Assembly (NCBI RefSeq): GCF_035709525.1
Contig: NZ_DASTEP010000124.1
Location: 12,851-76,850, forward strand
Length of the DNA stretch: 64,000 nt
From: Hymenobacter sp.
GTDB taxonomy: Bacteria; Bacteroidota; Bacteroidia; Cytophagales; Hymenobacteraceae
Direction: 5' to 3'
Below the pieces are notes generated by a model, which did not search any database, was not told the origin of the DNA, and worked only from the letters and a program-made list of their open reading frames with translations. The translations under genes were made by a program, and so were the position numbers. Positions 36,666 through 45,935 of this stretch are shown here, piece by piece; the stretch's first letter is position 1, and every line of letters starts with the position of its first letter.

Positions 36666-37169
36666 GCGGCGCAGCTTTTTCAGCTCCTGGCGCACGGCTT
36701 TCACGCGCTCGTCGAAGCCATCGGGGTCGTAGTCGATGCCGGGCACGTCGAGTTCCTCCAGCATTTCCATCAGGGCATCGTCGTGGTCGAGGCGGGTGCC
36801 GGCAGGCAGCTGCACGAAGGCCATCTCCGACCATAGCAAGGCCAGCAGCCGGCCGCCATCTTCCGAGCGCATCTGCATCTCCACCACCAGGTTCTGGTTG
36901 TCGAAGTGAATGAGTTGGGTGCGAATGAGCACCAGCGCCCCGTGCCGGGCGGGCCGCAGGTAGCTGAGGTGGTGCTTGGTAATAACCCAGGCCGCGCGCT
37001 GGGCGCGGGCCAGCTCGCCCAGGTTCAGGGCGTAGTGCGCGGTGGTGTGGTCCTCGCGGGCGTTGAGGAAGTAGTCGAGGTAGCGGGCATTGTTGAGGTG
37101 CCCCAGCATATCGCAGTCCTGGAAGTGAATGCGATGCTGAGTTTCGGGGGTGCGAACGAGGCGCGGCAT
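36660..37169 (-). CDS. Acyl-CoA thioesterase (hotdog fold)
   Basis: IHFQDCDMLGHLNNARYLDYFLNAREDH. Confidence 0.88.
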   Translation of the reverse strand: MPRLVRTPETQHRIHFQDCDMLGHLNNARYLDYFLNAREDHTTAHYALNLGELARAQRAAWVITKHHLSYLRPARHGALVLIRTQLIHFDNQNLVVEMQMRSEDGGRLLALLWSEMAFVQLPAGTRLDHDDALMEMLEELDVPGIDYDPDGFDERVKAVRQELKKLRRE

Positions 37170-37232
37170 AAGCAAGCGGGCAATGGGGCCGCGAAGGTAG
37201 CGCGGCCGGGCCCGCCGGCACTACGCGGCCGC

Positions 37233-37592
37233 CTATACCCCCGACAGCAAAAACCGGGGCCCTTGAAACTCGGCGGCCGGGCACAGGTGCAGCACCGCGT
37301 CGAGGCCGTTTTCGGTGAGCTGGCTTGCCAGGCCCTGGGGCAGCCCGCACCAATACAGCTCCGTGTTGGTGGCTTTGGCGCTGCTGGTGGCGTGCAGCAG
37401 AGCCCGCTCGCCCACGTAGTTTAGCGAGTGCAGCCCCCGGCAGTCTATCCAGGCCTGGGCCACGCCCTTGGCCAGCAGCTGCTCCATGGCCTGCTCCAGG
37501 TGGGTGGCGTCGGCGGCGGTGGTGCAGCCGCCGCGCAGGCTCAGGCCCATGCTGTCGCGGTGCCCTCCCAGGTGAATGGTGAGCGAACGCAT
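37233..37592 (-). CDS. STAS-domain protein (anti-sigma-factor antagonist-like)
   Basis: LSLRGG...LEQAMEQL......WIDCRGLHSLNY.G..ALL. Start ATG 37592. Confidence 0.7.
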   Translation of the reverse strand: MRSLTIHLGGHRDSMGLSLRGGCTTAADATHLEQAMEQLLAKGVAQAWIDCRGLHSLNYVGERALLHATSSAKATNTELYWCGLPQGLASQLTENGLDAVLHLCPAAEFQGPRFLLSGV

Positions 37593-37659
37593 CGGAAACA
37601 CCAACAGCAGGAAAGAATCAGTCATAGCTACTGATTTAGAGAGCGGTAAGGATTCCATG

Positions 37660-37667
37660 CAAAGGTA
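37660..37667 (-). promoter_or_regulatory. -7 element (TACCTTTG) upstream of the STAS gene
   Basis: TAnnTTTG match. Confidence 0.55.
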
Positions 37668-37850
37668 ATTACCCGCCGCTTAATATTATCAGGTGCTAAT
37701 ACTCTTTTTTTGAAAATAGGTGGCCTGAATGCGGCAAATTCAGTACTTTACCAGGCCTGGTTACGTGTTTGTTGGTAGCGCCACGGCTGCGCCGTGCGTA
37801 GTTGCGCACCCGGCAGCATAGCCAGGCCGCTACCCCGGGTGGCGCAGCAG

Positions 37851-38513
37851 CTAGTCGAGCAGGCCCTGGGTCATGGCCAGCCGGATGAGGGCGGCCGTGT
37901 TCTTGGTCTGGGTTTTTTCCAGGATGTTTTGGCGGTGCGTTTCCACGGTGCGCTTGCTGGTAAAGAGCTGGTCGGCTATCTCGCCGGTAGTGAGGCCCTC
38001 GGACAGCAGGCGCAGGATTTCTGCCTCGCGGCGCGTGAGCTGGGGCGGCCCCGGCGCGGCGGCATCGGAAAGGCTGGTGCCGGTGGCTTTGGCCAGCAGC
38101 TTGTGCAGCAGCAGCAGCCCCAGGCCGCTGCACAAAAACTGCCGGCCGGCCGCCACCGTCCGGATGGCCACCACCAGTTCTTCGCCCAGCCCATCTTGCA
38201 GCACGTAGCCGTGAACTCCGGCCGCAAAAAGCTGGCTGATGTCGCGCTCGCTGGTGCTGGCGGCCAGCACCAGTATTTTCATTTCCGGAAGCGCGGCCCG
38301 CAGGCCCTGCACCGCCGCCAAGCCCTCGGGCAGGGGCCCGGCCAGGGCCAGCACCACTACCTCGGCCTGGGTGGCCAGCAGCTGGTCGAGCAGGGCGGGC
38401 CCGGTGCGTGCCGCGCCTACCAGCAGCAGGCCGGGCTCGAGGGCCAGCCGCCCCCCTACGCTATCGCGCCCCAGCGGGTCACCATCGTCGCCTGCCAGAA
38501 AGATACGGGCCAT
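37851..38513 (-). CDS. NarL/LuxR-family regulator with a degenerate receiver domain
   Basis: Intact LuxR HTH (LTRREAEILRLLSEGLTTGEIADQLFTSKRTVETHRQNI); receiver lacks the phospho-Asp and the conserved Lys. Confidence 0.88.
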   Translation of the reverse strand: MARIFLAGDDGDPLGRDSVGGRLALEPGLLLVGAARTGPALLDQLLATQAEVVVLALAGPLPEGLAAVQGLRAALPEMKILVLAASTSERDISQLFAAGVHGYVLQDGLGEELVVAIRTVAAGRQFLCSGLGLLLLHKLLAKATGTSLSDAAAPGPPQLTRREAEILRLLSEGLTTGEIADQLFTSKRTVETHRQNILEKTQTKNTAALIRLAMTQGLLD

Positions 38514-38872
38514 AATGCTGTGCTATTACTAGTTGGTTTCCTGCGCCTTGCCAGGGCCGGGCGGCCACCGCTGCGCCAGCCGGGGCCGGCAACGCTACCC
38601 CCGCAAGGTAGCTATCACTGGCTGGGCAGCCGGCCACCGGCGCCTACCGGGGCGGGGCCGAGCCGCCCGGTGCAGCCGCGCGCTACTGCCCCCATTGCCA
38701 GCAAATGCCGCGCGCTATAGCCGCAGGTTTAGCCCCTCTGTCTAGCCCTGTTTTGCCCGGAGTGCTACCGCTTCAGCTTAGCCATCTTGCCAGCAGCGGC
38801 AACCTTGAGCGGCCAACTGCGTTAGCACCAACACAATTAGCCAATCCAACTTTTCCACCGCATTTCCCCGCC

Positions 38873-39235
38873 ATGAAAATTTCCGTTGACAAAGGCCAGG
38901 ACAAAGGCTTCCTACCCGATGGCCGCCACCTCGTCACCATCACCAGCATCGAAGAAGGCGTGAGCGAGCACCAGCAAGTGCCGTTTTTTGCCGCCCACAT
39001 GGAAAATGAAGACGGCTTCGTAACCCAGCGTTTTTACAATTCGCCGGCCGGCCATCCCATTATTTTGTCGCTTTACTCGGCTGTGGGCATCAAGCCCGAA
39101 GAAGGCAAAGACCTTGACACCAAGCAGCTGGTAGGCAAGCGCCTCTCGGTAGAGGTAGGCGACCACCACTACGCCGACCCTGCCAGCGGCAACGAGCGTA
39201 GCATCCGCCAGGCCACGGGCTTTAAAGCGGCGTAG
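38873..39235 (+). CDS. Hypothetical protein, DUF669-like (phage-type OB-fold / ssDNA-binding-like)
   Basis: LPDGRHLVTITSIEEG...AVGI...DTKQLVGKRLSVEV..H.Y.....GNER pattern; family inferred by eye. Confidence 0.5.
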   Translation: MKISVDKGQDKGFLPDGRHLVTITSIEEGVSEHQQVPFFAAHMENEDGFVTQRFYNSPAGHPIILSLYSAVGIKPEEGKDLDTKQLVGKRLSVEVGDHHYADPASGNERSIRQATGFKAA

Positions 39236-39319
39236 TTTCAGTGCTTGGTTGTTGGTGCCTAGTGCTTAGCCTACCATCAGCTAAGCACTAGGCACCAACA
39301 ACCAAGCACTGAAACTACG
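39231..39319. repeat. Perfect 89-bp palindrome spanning the stop codons of two convergent genes
   Basis: CGTAGTTTCAGTGCTTGGTTGTTGGTGCCTAGTGCTTAGC-ctaccatca-GCTAAGCACTAGGCACCAACAACCAAGCACTGAAACTACG. Confidence 0.9.
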
Positions 39320-40568
39320 GCGTATTCTCGACCACTTGCGGGCCGCTGGGCGCTTCGGCCTCGGCGGCTTCGTCTTTGAGCGTGCCCAGCTCGCGGCCTA
39401 CTTTTTTGAAGGCGGCAATGGCTTTGTCGAGGTGCGCGCGGGTGTGGGCGGCGCTGAGCTGCACTCGGATGCGGGCCTTGCCCTGCGGCACCACGGGGTA
39501 GTAGAAGCCCACCACGTAGATGCCCTCATCGAGCATTTTGGCCGCGAATTCCTGGGCCAGCTTGGCATCGTAGAGCATAACGGGCACGATGGGGTGCTCG
39601 CCGGGCGTGATGTCGAAGCCGGCGGCCGTCATGTGCTCGCGGAAGTACTTGGTGTTTTCTTCGAGCTGGTCACGTAGGGCGGTGCTTTCGGTGAGCAGCT
39701 CCAGCACGCGCAGCGATGCGCCCACGATGGCCGGGGCTAACGTATTGGAAAACAGGTAGGGGCGCGAGCGCTGGCGCAGAATTTCGATAATCTCCTTGCG
39801 GCCGCTGGTGAAGCCGCCCATCGCGCCGCCCAGGGCTTTGCCCAGCGTGCCGGTGATGATGTCCACGCGGCCCATTACGTCGCGGTACTCGTGGGTGCCG
39901 CGGCCGGTTTTGCCCAAAAAGCCCATCGAGTGGCACTCGTCTATCATCACCAGGGCGTCGTACTGGTCGGCGAGGTCGCAGATTTTGTCGAGCTGCGCGA
40001 TGGTGCCGTCCATCGAAAACGAGCCGTCGGTGACGATGATGCGGTGGCGCATGCCCGCGTTCACGGCGTCCTGGAGCTGCTTTTCCAGGTCGGCCATGTC
40101 GTTGTGGGTGTAGCGGTAGCGCTTGGCCTTGCACAGGCGCACCCCGTCGATGATGCTGGCGTGGTTGAGCGCATCCGAGATAATAGCGTCGCGCTCATCA
40201 AACAACGGCTCGAAGACGCCGCCGTTGGCGTCGAAGGCCGCCGCGTAGAGAATGGTGTCCTCAGTGCCCAGAAACTCGGCCAGCTTGGCTTCGAGCTGCT
40301 TGTGAATATCCTGGGTGCCGCAGATGAAGCGCACCGAGCTCATGCCGTAGCCGTGCGAGTCGAGGGTTTCCTTGGCGGCCTTCAGCACCTCGGGGTGCGA
40401 GCTGAGACCCAGGTAGTTGTTGGCGCAGAAGTTGAGCACCTCGCCCGCTTCGTTGGTCTGGATTTCCGCGCCCTGGGGCGTGGTAATGACGCGCTCCTTT
40501 TTGTAGAGGCCGGCGTCTTTTATTTCTTGCAGCGTCTGCTGAAGGTCGGCTTGGAGGGTTCCGTACAT
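39315..40568 (-). CDS. kbl: Glycine C-acetyltransferase (2-amino-3-ketobutyrate CoA ligase)
   Basis: [39 protein letters not shown] and RSRPYLFSN. Start ATG 40568. Confidence 0.96.
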   Translation of the reverse strand: MYGTLQADLQQTLQEIKDAGLYKKERVITTPQGAEIQTNEAGEVLNFCANNYLGLSSHPEVLKAAKETLDSHGYGMSSVRFICGTQDIHKQLEAKLAEFLGTEDTILYAAAFDANGGVFEPLFDERDAIISDALNHASIIDGVRLCKAKRYRYTHNDMADLEKQLQDAVNAGMRHRIIVTDGSFSMDGTIAQLDKICDLADQYDALVMIDECHSMGFLGKTGRGTHEYRDVMGRVDIITGTLGKALGGAMGGFTSGRKEIIEILRQRSRPYLFSNTLAPAIVGASLRVLELLTESTALRDQLEENTKYFREHMTAAGFDITPGEHPIVPVMLYDAKLAQEFAAKMLDEGIYVVGFYYPVVPQGKARIRVQLSAAHTRAHLDKAIAAFKKVGRELGTLKDEAAEAEAPSGPQVVENTP

Positions 40569-40596
40569 GGGTGGTAGAGTATTGATAATGAAACGG

Positions 40597-40719
40597 CTGT
40601 CATTGCGAGCGCAGCGAAGCAATCGCACCAGCACAAGAATGAGTAGACGAAGCTAGTACGCCGATTCTATTACAGTAGCTCGTTTTGGTGCGATTGCTTC
40701 GCTGCGCTCGCAATGACAG
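40597..40719. repeat. Variant family A palindrome (CTGTCATTGCGAGCGCAGCGAAGCAATCGCACCA ... TGGTGCGATTGCTTCGCTGCGCTCGCAATGACAG)
   Basis: Perfect inverted arms read directly. Confidence 0.88.
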
Positions 40720-40732
40720 GCGATTTTCCCTT

Positions 40733-41782
40733 TTAATTCTTCTCAAAAAACGCCTGCACGCCCGCCCGGCCGCTGGCTATTAGCTGCGCCTTTTGCTCAT
40801 CCGAAATACGCTTGACCTTCGGTCGGAAGCCCATCGTGTTGATGCTGATGGTGCGGGGCCAGTCGCCGGGCAGGGCGGGGTTGAGGTTTTCGAGGCTGAT
40901 GGTGTAGAGCGCGCCGATGTAGGACGAAAAATCGTGGATGTCATACGGGGCCAGGGCCTGGCGGCCGGTGGGCAGCGTGTCGAGGGCGATTTGCTCGGCG
41001 CGGTCGAGGCGCAAACCCAGGGTTTCGGGGTTGGCGGTGGTGCCGGGCGGCAGGCCGGCAGGCAGAAACTGGGACTGGTCGAAGATGTGCAGCGGGTAGT
41101 TGGCTAGCAGGCCGCCATCGACGAGCACCTGCGTGGGCTGGCCGGCTTTGGGCTTGCCCTGAATGACCTTATTATCCGCATCGAGCAGCACGGCCCGGAA
41201 ATAGAGCGGAATGCTCATGCTGATGCGCACGGCATCGGCCACGCGCATGGTGGGGTGAGTTTCGTAGCCGAAGACCTGGGTGCGTTGCAGCGTAAGGTTG
41301 GTGCCGGTGGTGTAGAGGTCACGGTAGTGGCCGGGCTGCGCCAGGGCCAGCTGGTGCAGTTCGGCCAGCGTGAGGTTAGGGCGCTGGGTCTGGCGGCCCA
41401 CGAGCTCGCAGATATACTTGGTAAGCTGGTCGCCGCGGTACCAGCCGTACTGGCGCAGCAGCCGGCTACCACCCCCGATAAAGATAAATTGCCCGTCATT
41501 CAGCCGCTGCACGGGCGTGCGGTTGATGATATCGATAATGGCGTCGGGTGAGTAGCCCACCGCCAGCAGCGCCGCCTGAATGGCCCCCGCCGAGGTGCCG
41601 CCCACCCGCGTGATGTGCGCCAGCACGCCCCGGCTTTCTAATTCCTGCAAGGCCCCGCCGTAGGCAATGCCCCGGATGCCGCCGCCCTTCATGATGAGGT
41701 TGCGGTAGGGCGAGGTTTGGGCGCTGGCGGGCTGGGGATTGTTTAGCAAAGTCAAGAGCGTGAGTAGGAAGAGTAGGCGCAT
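40733..41782 (-). CDS. Patatin-like phospholipase (secreted)
   Basis: Signal peptide; GGGIRG, GTSAG and DGG motifs. Confidence 0.9.
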   Translation of the reverse strand: MRLLFLLTLLTLLNNPQPASAQTSPYRNLIMKGGGIRGIAYGGALQELESRGVLAHITRVGGTSAGAIQAALLAVGYSPDAIIDIINRTPVQRLNDGQFIFIGGGSRLLRQYGWYRGDQLTKYICELVGRQTQRPNLTLAELHQLALAQPGHYRDLYTTGTNLTLQRTQVFGYETHPTMRVADAVRISMSIPLYFRAVLLDADNKVIQGKPKAGQPTQVLVDGGLLANYPLHIFDQSQFLPAGLPPGTTANPETLGLRLDRAEQIALDTLPTGRQALAPYDIHDFSSYIGALYTISLENLNPALPGDWPRTISINTMGFRPKVKRISDEQKAQLIASGRAGVQAFFEKN

Positions 41783-41799
41783 GGGCCTTAAAGATATCA

Positions 41800-41862
41800 G
41801 TAGCGCGGACTTTCAGTCCGCGAGTGAAGGCGCGCCACTTGCGGACTGAAAGTCCGCGCTAC
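41800..41862. repeat. REP-like family B, two inverted hairpin units
   Basis: GTAGCGCGGACTTTCAGTCCGC ... GCGGACTGAAAGTCCGCGCTAC. Confidence 0.85.
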
Positions 41863-41896
41863 GTGCCGGCCCAAACCACGCCCCCGAGGTCGGCCG

Positions 41897-41904
41897 TATC
41901 TTTG
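41897..41904 (+). promoter_or_regulatory. -7 element (TATCTTTG) upstream of threonine dehydrogenase
   Basis: TAnnTTTG match. Confidence 0.65.
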
Positions 41905-41949
41905 CAGTACGCGCTATCCCACCCCTCCTACCCTCTCACTTTGCCTTTT

Positions 41950-42942
41950 ATGCAACCCTCGCCCAGCGAACCCAGCACTCCCCGAACCCCCGGCACCGTC
42001 CTCGTCATTGGCGCGTGCGGCCAGCTTGGGCTGGAGCTCACGGCCGCCCTGCGCCAGCGCTACGCCCCCGAAGCCGTGATAGCGGCCGACGTGCGCGCCC
42101 CCCAAGACCCCGAGGCGCTGGCCGGCGGCCCCTTCGAGCTGCTCGATGTGCTGGACAAAAACCGTCTGGAGGCGCTGGTGGCGCAGTACCGCCCGGTGCA
42201 GATATACCACCTCGCGGCGCTGCTCTCGGCCACGGCCGAGAAAAACCCGCAGTTTGGCTGGCAGCTGAACATGGACGGCCTGCTCAACGTGCTGAACGTG
42301 GCCGTGCAGTACCAGGTGCCGCAAGTGTACTGGCCCAGCTCCATCGCCGTGTTTGGGCCCGACACCCCGCGCGAGCACACGCCGCAGCTCACCATCATGA
42401 ACCCCAACACGGTGTACGGCATCAGCAAGCTGGCCGGCGAGCAGTGGTGCGAGTGGTATCACCGCCACCACGGCCTCGACGTGCGCAGCCTGCGCTACCC
42501 CGGCCTCATCGGCTACAAGAGCCTGCCCGGCGGCGGCACTACCGACTACGCCGTGGACATCTACCACAAAGCCGTGGCCGGCCAGGACTACGAGTGCTTC
42601 CTCCAAGAGGACACCTACCTGCCCATGATGTACATGCCCGACGCCCTCAAGGCCACGCTGGACTTAATGCACGCCCCGGCCGAAAACATCAAAGTCCGCA
42701 CCAGCTACAACCTGGGGGCCATGAGCTTCTCGCCGGCCGAAATTGCGGCCAGCATCCGGCAGGAAGTGCCCGGCTTTCAAATCACGCATAAGCCCGACGG
42801 CCGCCAGGCCATTGCCGACTCGTGGCCGGCCAGCATCGACGACTCGGCGGCGCGGGCCGACTGGGGCTGGGCGCCGGAGTTTGATTTAGCGAAGATGACG
42901 CACGACATGCTGGCGCACTTGCGGGTGGCGGAGCTGGCGTAG
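41950..42942 (+). CDS. L-threonine 3-dehydrogenase, SDR/epimerase type
   Basis: GACGQLG, HLAALLSA, YGISK and PGGGTTDYAV motifs; near kbl, the next enzyme of the pathway. Start ATG 41950. Confidence 0.88.
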   Translation: MQPSPSEPSTPRTPGTVLVIGACGQLGLELTAALRQRYAPEAVIAADVRAPQDPEALAGGPFELLDVLDKNRLEALVAQYRPVQIYHLAALLSATAEKNPQFGWQLNMDGLLNVLNVAVQYQVPQVYWPSSIAVFGPDTPREHTPQLTIMNPNTVYGISKLAGEQWCEWYHRHHGLDVRSLRYPGLIGYKSLPGGGTTDYAVDIYHKAVAGQDYECFLQEDTYLPMMYMPDALKATLDLMHAPAENIKVRTSYNLGAMSFSPAEIAASIRQEVPGFQITHKPDGRQAIADSWPASIDDSAARADWGWAPEFDLAKMTHDMLAHLRVAELA

Positions 42943-42962
42943 GCACTACCGCTGCTTTACAA

Positions 42963-42997
42963 AAAAGCCCCTTCTGATGCGTTCAGAAGGGGCTTTT
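42963..42997. terminator. Bidirectional intrinsic terminator
   Basis: AAAAGCCCCTTCTGA-loop-TCAGAAGGGGCTTTT. Confidence 0.82.
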
Positions 42998-43022
42998 AGT
43001 TTAGTAGCTACTCTTTACTTTC

Positions 43023-43787
43023 TCACCGCCCACCCGTGCGCCGGGGGTAGTTGAACAGCGCCGAGGTAGCCCACGGCACCAGAAACACGGCCACCGTGAG
43101 CACCGTGAGGCCCACGTCGGCGGCTTCGCTGGTGAGAAAATGGGTAAACGGGTGCGCCGGCTGGAAGTGCTCGAACAGCGAGAGCACCAGCTTGAGGCCC
43201 AAGATGGCAATGACCACGAAGGCCGCCGTTTCGAGAAACGGGTACTTGCCCATGAGCAGCACGAAGGCCTGCGCCACCAGCCGCATAGCCAGGATGCCGA
43301 TGAACACGCCAGCGATAATGAGAATCAAATTGTTGGTAAAGGCCACCACGGCAAAGACGTTGTCGATGCTGAAAGCCAAATCCATGAGCTCAATCAGCGC
43401 CACGGTAGCCCAGAATTTCCCGAACAGCCCGAGCGTGTTTTTATAGAGCCAGCTTTTTTCCTTTTCGATGTGCTCGTCGTCGTGGGCGGGGCCGGCCCGG
43501 AAGTGGTCCCACACCAGATAAAGCAGGTAGAGGCCGCCCAGCGGCTTCAAATACCAGAAATCGATGAGAAAGGAGGCGAACACGATGCACACGCCCCGGA
43601 AGACGTAGGCCCCGAAAATGCCGTAGCGCAGGGCTTTTTTGCGCTGCTCGGGCGGCAGGTCGCCCACCATGGTAGCGAGCACGGCCGCGTTATCGACCGA
43701 GAGCAGGCTTTCGATAATCACCAGGTTCCCCACGATGGCCAGCGCGGCGAGCGGATTGTCGAGGATTTGCTGGACGTAGTGGTTCAT
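43023..43787 (-). CDS. TerC family (YkoY-like) membrane protein
   Basis: IESLLSVDNAAVLA and IELMDLAFSIDNV..VVA. Start ATG 43787. Confidence 0.9.
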   Translation of the reverse strand: MNHYVQQILDNPLAALAIVGNLVIIESLLSVDNAAVLATMVGDLPPEQRKKALRYGIFGAYVFRGVCIVFASFLIDFWYLKPLGGLYLLYLVWDHFRAGPAHDDEHIEKEKSWLYKNTLGLFGKFWATVALIELMDLAFSIDNVFAVVAFTNNLILIIAGVFIGILAMRLVAQAFVLLMGKYPFLETAAFVVIAILGLKLVLSLFEHFQPAHPFTHFLTSEAADVGLTVLTVAVFLVPWATSALFNYPRRTGGR

Positions 43788-43900
43788 GCGGCAGTGAGTA
43801 AGAGCCCGCAAAGGTACCGGCCCAGCCTGCCCCGCCTAGCCCTCGGCCCAACCCCGGCCCGGCGGGGGCGTATGGGCTGGCGGCTCTCCTTTCCCCTGCG

Positions 43901-44656
43901 ATGATAGTAAACCCCTCCCCCACCGGCTGGCAAGTCATTTACCAGCAGGCCCATGCGCTGCTGGCCATGCAGCTGGCCTGGGCCTGGCCGCCCTTTCTGC
44001 CCGCCGACCGCTGGGTGGGCCTGCTGGCCGCCACCGCCCAGCACGACGACGAGCAAGCGCCCTGGCACGGGCGCGGCGGCCACCACGGCCTCACGCCCGC
44101 CGGCGCCCCGGCCAATTTTACGCAGGTAGCCTTTTCGCTGGAGCAGGCCACGGGCGTGCTGCACGCGGCGCGCTTCCAGGGGCGCTGGCGCAGCCTGCTC
44201 ACCAGCTTGCACCTGAGCACCTTGCACGAGCCGCTGCGGGGTAGCGACGCCCAAACCACGGCTTTCTTGGATGAGCTGCGGGCCGACCAGGCGCGCTGGC
44301 TGCGCGAGCTGCACCTCACCAAAGCCCAGGCCCGGCAGGCCTACGACCTGCTGCACTGGTGCGACCGGCTCTCGCTCATCTTGTGCCGGCAGGAGCTGCC
44401 CGAGATGGGCCGCGAGGTCGAGATATACCCCGACCCGCTGGGTAGCGGCGCGCGCCGGCCGGTGCATTTTGTGAGCCAGCCCGCCGGGCCGGGCACGCCG
44501 GTGGTGGTGCGGCCCTGGCCGTTTGCCGAGGCGCGGCTGGTGGTCAGCGTCGAGGCGCGGCAGCTGCACCAGCTTCAGTTTAAGGACGATGCCGAGCTAG
44601 CGGCGGCGCTTCGGCAGGCCCCCATCGCAACGCTGAGCTGGGAGCTGCGCAAGTAG
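43901..44656 (+). CDS. DUF3891 family protein
   Basis: VIYQQAHALLAMQLA..W, AQHDD, CDRLSLILC and V.PWPF. Confidence 0.82.
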   Translation: MIVNPSPTGWQVIYQQAHALLAMQLAWAWPPFLPADRWVGLLAATAQHDDEQAPWHGRGGHHGLTPAGAPANFTQVAFSLEQATGVLHAARFQGRWRSLLTSLHLSTLHEPLRGSDAQTTAFLDELRADQARWLRELHLTKAQARQAYDLLHWCDRLSLILCRQELPEMGREVEIYPDPLGSGARRPVHFVSQPAGPGTPVVVRPWPFAEARLVVSVEARQLHQLQFKDDAELAAALRQAPIATLSWELRK

Positions 44657-44765
44657 TCTTTTTATTAATTATCAGTAGCTTGCTACTAAAAACACAACGC
44701 CAGGGCCGGTACTTGCGTCTTTAAAAGCTACCCAAAAGGCTATTTATTCTCCTTATTGCACTAGC

Positions 44766-45734
44766 ATGGCGCACTATAAATTCTCGGATATCCTGACCAT
44801 TCTCAAGTCATCGGCCACGGAGTTTTCCAGCAACAACTCGTTTCGGCACGCGGCGGCGCTCTCCTACTACACCATCTTTTCGCTGCCGCCGCTGCTGCTC
44901 ATCGTCATCACCTCGGCCAGCGCCGTGTATGGCGGCGAGGCCCTCACGGGCCAGATATACGGGCAGCTGAAAGGGCTGGTGGGGGCCGACGCGGCGGCTT
45001 TTTTGCAGGAAAGCATCGCCAAATTCACGCTTCAGCAAAAGGGCGGGCTGGCTACGGCTATCGGGGTAGGAACGCTGATTTTTGCGGCCACCACGTTTTT
45101 CGTGACGCTGCAAGAAAGCATCAACGACATCTGGAACCTGAAAGTGACAACCCAGGGCATCGGCGTGTGGCAATACGTGCAGCAGCGACTGCTCTCGTTT
45201 GGGTTAATTTTGAGCGTGGCCTTGCTGCTACTTACCTCGTTTGTGGTGAGTGCGGTGCTCAGCGTTTTCACGGGCTGGTTGCAGCGCCACATTCCGGAGG
45301 CGGGCGTGCTGGCCATCAAGCTCGTCGATTTCAGCATCTCGCTGGTAGTTACGACACTGCTTTTCGGCCTCATCTACAAGTTCTTGCCCGATGCCATTAT
45401 CCGCTGGCGCGACGTGGGGATTGGGGCGTTCATCACGGCAGCACTCTTTATTCTAGGCAAGTATTTGATTGCCTTCTACATCGCCAAATCTGACCCTGGC
45501 TCGGCCTTTGGGGCGGCGGGCTCGGCCATCGTGCTGCTGGTTTGGATTAACTACTCGTCGCTCATCATCTTCTTCGGGGCCGAGTTCACCCAGGAGTTTG
45601 CCGATGCCTTTGGGCAACGCGTGCAGCCCAAAGCCCACGCCGTGCGCGTGAAGCTGATGGAAATACCGCCCGCCGAAACCGAGGAAGCTAAAGCTACCGG
45701 CCGCCCGCAGGCCACTGGCCGCTGGCGGGCATAG
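44766..45734 (+). CDS. YihY/virulence factor BrkB family membrane protein
   Basis: AAALSYYTIFSLPPLL, LQESINDIW, YKFLPD and YSSLIIFFGAEF. Confidence 0.92.
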   Translation: MAHYKFSDILTILKSSATEFSSNNSFRHAAALSYYTIFSLPPLLLIVITSASAVYGGEALTGQIYGQLKGLVGADAAAFLQESIAKFTLQQKGGLATAIGVGTLIFAATTFFVTLQESINDIWNLKVTTQGIGVWQYVQQRLLSFGLILSVALLLLTSFVVSAVLSVFTGWLQRHIPEAGVLAIKLVDFSISLVVTTLLFGLIYKFLPDAIIRWRDVGIGAFITAALFILGKYLIAFYIAKSDPGSAFGAAGSAIVLLVWINYSSLIIFFGAEFTQEFADAFGQRVQPKAHAVRVKLMEIPPAETEEAKATGRPQATGRWRA

Positions 45735-45935
45735 CGCCCTAAAGTCGGGCCGGTGCGGCTGGCCTAGCCTTTTCAATCTATTGATGAATAGCGTCTTGCT
45801 GTTTTCTACCGACCCGCTACCCGGCTCGAAAGGCCCCAGCCAAAATCCAGAAAGAAAGTAAGTTAGGCTTGCAACCAAGCCCTGCGCGCGGCGCATCTTT
45901 GCGGCAGCCGACTCATTCATCGGCGCTTCTTTGCT

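Noticed and set aside
43788-43900. yybP-ykoY (Mn2+) riboswitch upstream of the TerC gene
   Set aside because: No consensus match, and a -7 promoter element at 43809-43816 leaves only about 20 nt of leader.
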